A DNA stretch of 62,587 nt, counting the filler, from Asterionella formosa (taxonomy: Eukaryota): the NCBI GenBank assembly GCA_002256025.1. It is 17 parts of 17 records of this genome, joined end to end, with 100 filler letters (N's around TTAATTAATTAA, not from the genome) between each part and the next. Parts side by side here need not be neighbours in the genome. Positions count along the whole stretch, not along the records: positions 60,683 to 62,587 come from NKIB01000885.1; 16 more parts are not named here. One strand, 5' to 3'. Below the pieces are notes generated by a model. It did no database searches, was not told where the DNA came from, and was given only the letters and a program-made list of their open reading frames with translations. Below, piece by piece: positions 60,893-62,587 of the stretch. The position numbers were made by a program, and so were the translations under genes. Within the stretch, counting starts at the first letter, position 1. Every line of letters starts with the position of its first letter.

Positions 60893-61730
60893 TCATGGAA
60901 ATATGATGGTTTTTATTTGCAGATGATATGACACGGCACCACTCGTTTGTTGTTGCGTATTTGCCATTAGATTGGGAGACACCGTACTCAGATGGGATAC
61001 ATGGTATTTTTCCATTGGGATATGCATTTTTGTCAAGAAATTAGGTTGAAATTTGTTTAAAATTTGTTTAACATCTGACACTTTACGACGTTCATATCCA
61101 ATATCGGGATTATCAGCATCTTCAGTTGAAACCAGCCAGGCAATCAAGACAAACATATCGTCGATATAATCCATTACCACCCCTGAAACCGCAAATTTTG
61201 TTGTGCTCTTCTGTATCTCCAATGATCATTCTAATCTGGAGATAAACTTATGTCATACCAAGACCATGAACCCAAATATCGTATGACTTGTTTGGATCTT
61301 CGAAAGCCAGGCGACAATAGAAATCTTGTAACAGAATGATATAATTTGAGTCTACATAAGGACAAGTCGTCACCAGATAACAACTTATTATTCATTTGTT
61401 TCTCCAGATCACTGACTTCAATGTCTGGCAAAAGAGATGCATACCAATTGCCATCCATCAACTTTTTCCCTTCCTTCTAATGTTAAGTTTATCATTGTCA
61501 ACAAAAATGGATGCTCGGAATGTTTCATTTGTTTATCAATAGGTGAACCATCACTGAAACTTCTAGGACAACAAATAATCACCCTGTCTTCAACACTCCA
61601 TTTTCTGATGCAGGAGAATTGTTGAATGCATTTTCAAACCAAGTCGCGGAAGTTACTTCGTCATATATGCATGCGTTCTCCACAAGTTGTAAGTTTCACT
61701 TGTGGGTGACATACAAAATGTCAGGATCTA
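60893..61730 (-). mobile_element. Degenerate Plavaka-like transposase remnant
   Basis: Across frameshifts: YDEVTSATWFENA, IICCP..FSDGSPIDK...HPFLLTMINL...R...GW, SLLPDI, RLKLYHSVTRFLL. This order resembles the Plavaka transposase family as I recall it. Confidence 0.45.
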
Positions 61731-61732
61731 GA

Positions 61733-62587
61733 TTACTCTAGGCCTCTTCCATAAGGGTCTGGTGGTCCATTGCTGCTGGAAAATAGCTTTCCGTACCCTC
61801 CGGGTGCGTTACTCCCGGTTGGTGCATGGATCCGTGCAGGTTTATTATGCTCCTGCAGCATCGCATTCGCCGTACGACTCCTGCTACCCACATCACAACG
61901 TACGTATAGATGCAGTCCCTCCATATTGCTGCGTACCCGATAGACTTAAACCTGGAGGTAGTCCTAGTCTATCACACAAAGGGGGATTACTCCCCACGAG
62001 GTTTTGTGTGACCCCGTCCTTGATCAGGCAGTGAGTATATTACAGTAGTTGGAACCACTACTTTCATCGCTTGCCCGTAGGAGCTACATGCCAATGTACT
62101 ATGTGTACCTGACCACCCCTCAAGCTATGAACGTAGTGCCTCTAAAGTAATGATGAATCTACCATATTGCCTCGTTATCATATATGTCACGCTGCAAAAT
62201 GGCATCTTCTATGATCAAGGTAGATAGACTTCTCGATAGCTTTGGTAAAGCCATCGCTAAGATTCAACTTAGTGTCTACCTTCGCGAGTTGGATGATTCC
62301 AGATGCACAACACTCTCGCACACAGTGGTAATTAACCATACTATGTTTCTTATGGCATTCAGACTCAGGATTCGAGGTACTTTGGAGCGATCCTAGGTTG
62401 TCTCCCAATAATAGCGTTCGTGTCGTCACGGGCACCCCTAAAGATCTCAGCATGTATCTAATGCTGATGGCTTCCTCAGCAGCCGTTCTACCCGCACATA
62501 GCTCTGCAGTGTAAGTGCTAGTTGCTATGGCCCCTTGACGCTTCGATGCCCATGTTACTGGGGTAGATCCTATGAAGGCAATTATCC
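61733..62587 (-). mobile_element. Ty1/copia RNase H C-terminus (62587->62187), 3' UTR, PPT-like GTGGGGAG (~61990) and probable LTR
   Basis: TPVTWASKRQGAIATSTYTAE, LRSLGVPV, GDN, KKHSMVNYHCVRE, NLSDGFTK. Confidence 0.88.

Overview
This is eukaryotic nuclear DNA, most likely from a diatom: short GT-AG introns, ASAF-type bipartite plastid presequences, a class C GPCR and diatom-type copia elements. Positions 1-30453 are one scaffold with two N gaps. It carries a CYP38-like cyclophilin, a bacterial-style C5 DNA methyltransferase, a plastid PDZ protein, PRP4 kinase, a GABA-B-like GPCR, NDUFS6, a five-exon secreted protein, NAD-dependent methylene-THF dehydrogenase, an unknown membrane protein, a decayed copia element and the end of an MscS gene. 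Positions 30454-62587 are 16 unrelated ~1.9 kb contigs joined by an artificial N44-TTAATTAATTAA-N44 spacer, so adjacency there has no biological meaning. These contigs are mostly transposons (copia, LINE, PIF/Harbinger, Plavaka-like, TRIM-like), satellites and gene fragments. The most notable observations are: (1) a four-copy dispersed element whose 30-36 bp hairpin is kept by compensatory changes despite ~50% arm divergence; (2) a Harbinger element nested in copia pol, with its two junctions on different contigs; (3) GGTACC/CCWGG palindrome clusters upstream of genes; (4) an MTD1 homologue with a tail-anchor-like C-terminus. All calls come from reading the sequence; no database searches were run.
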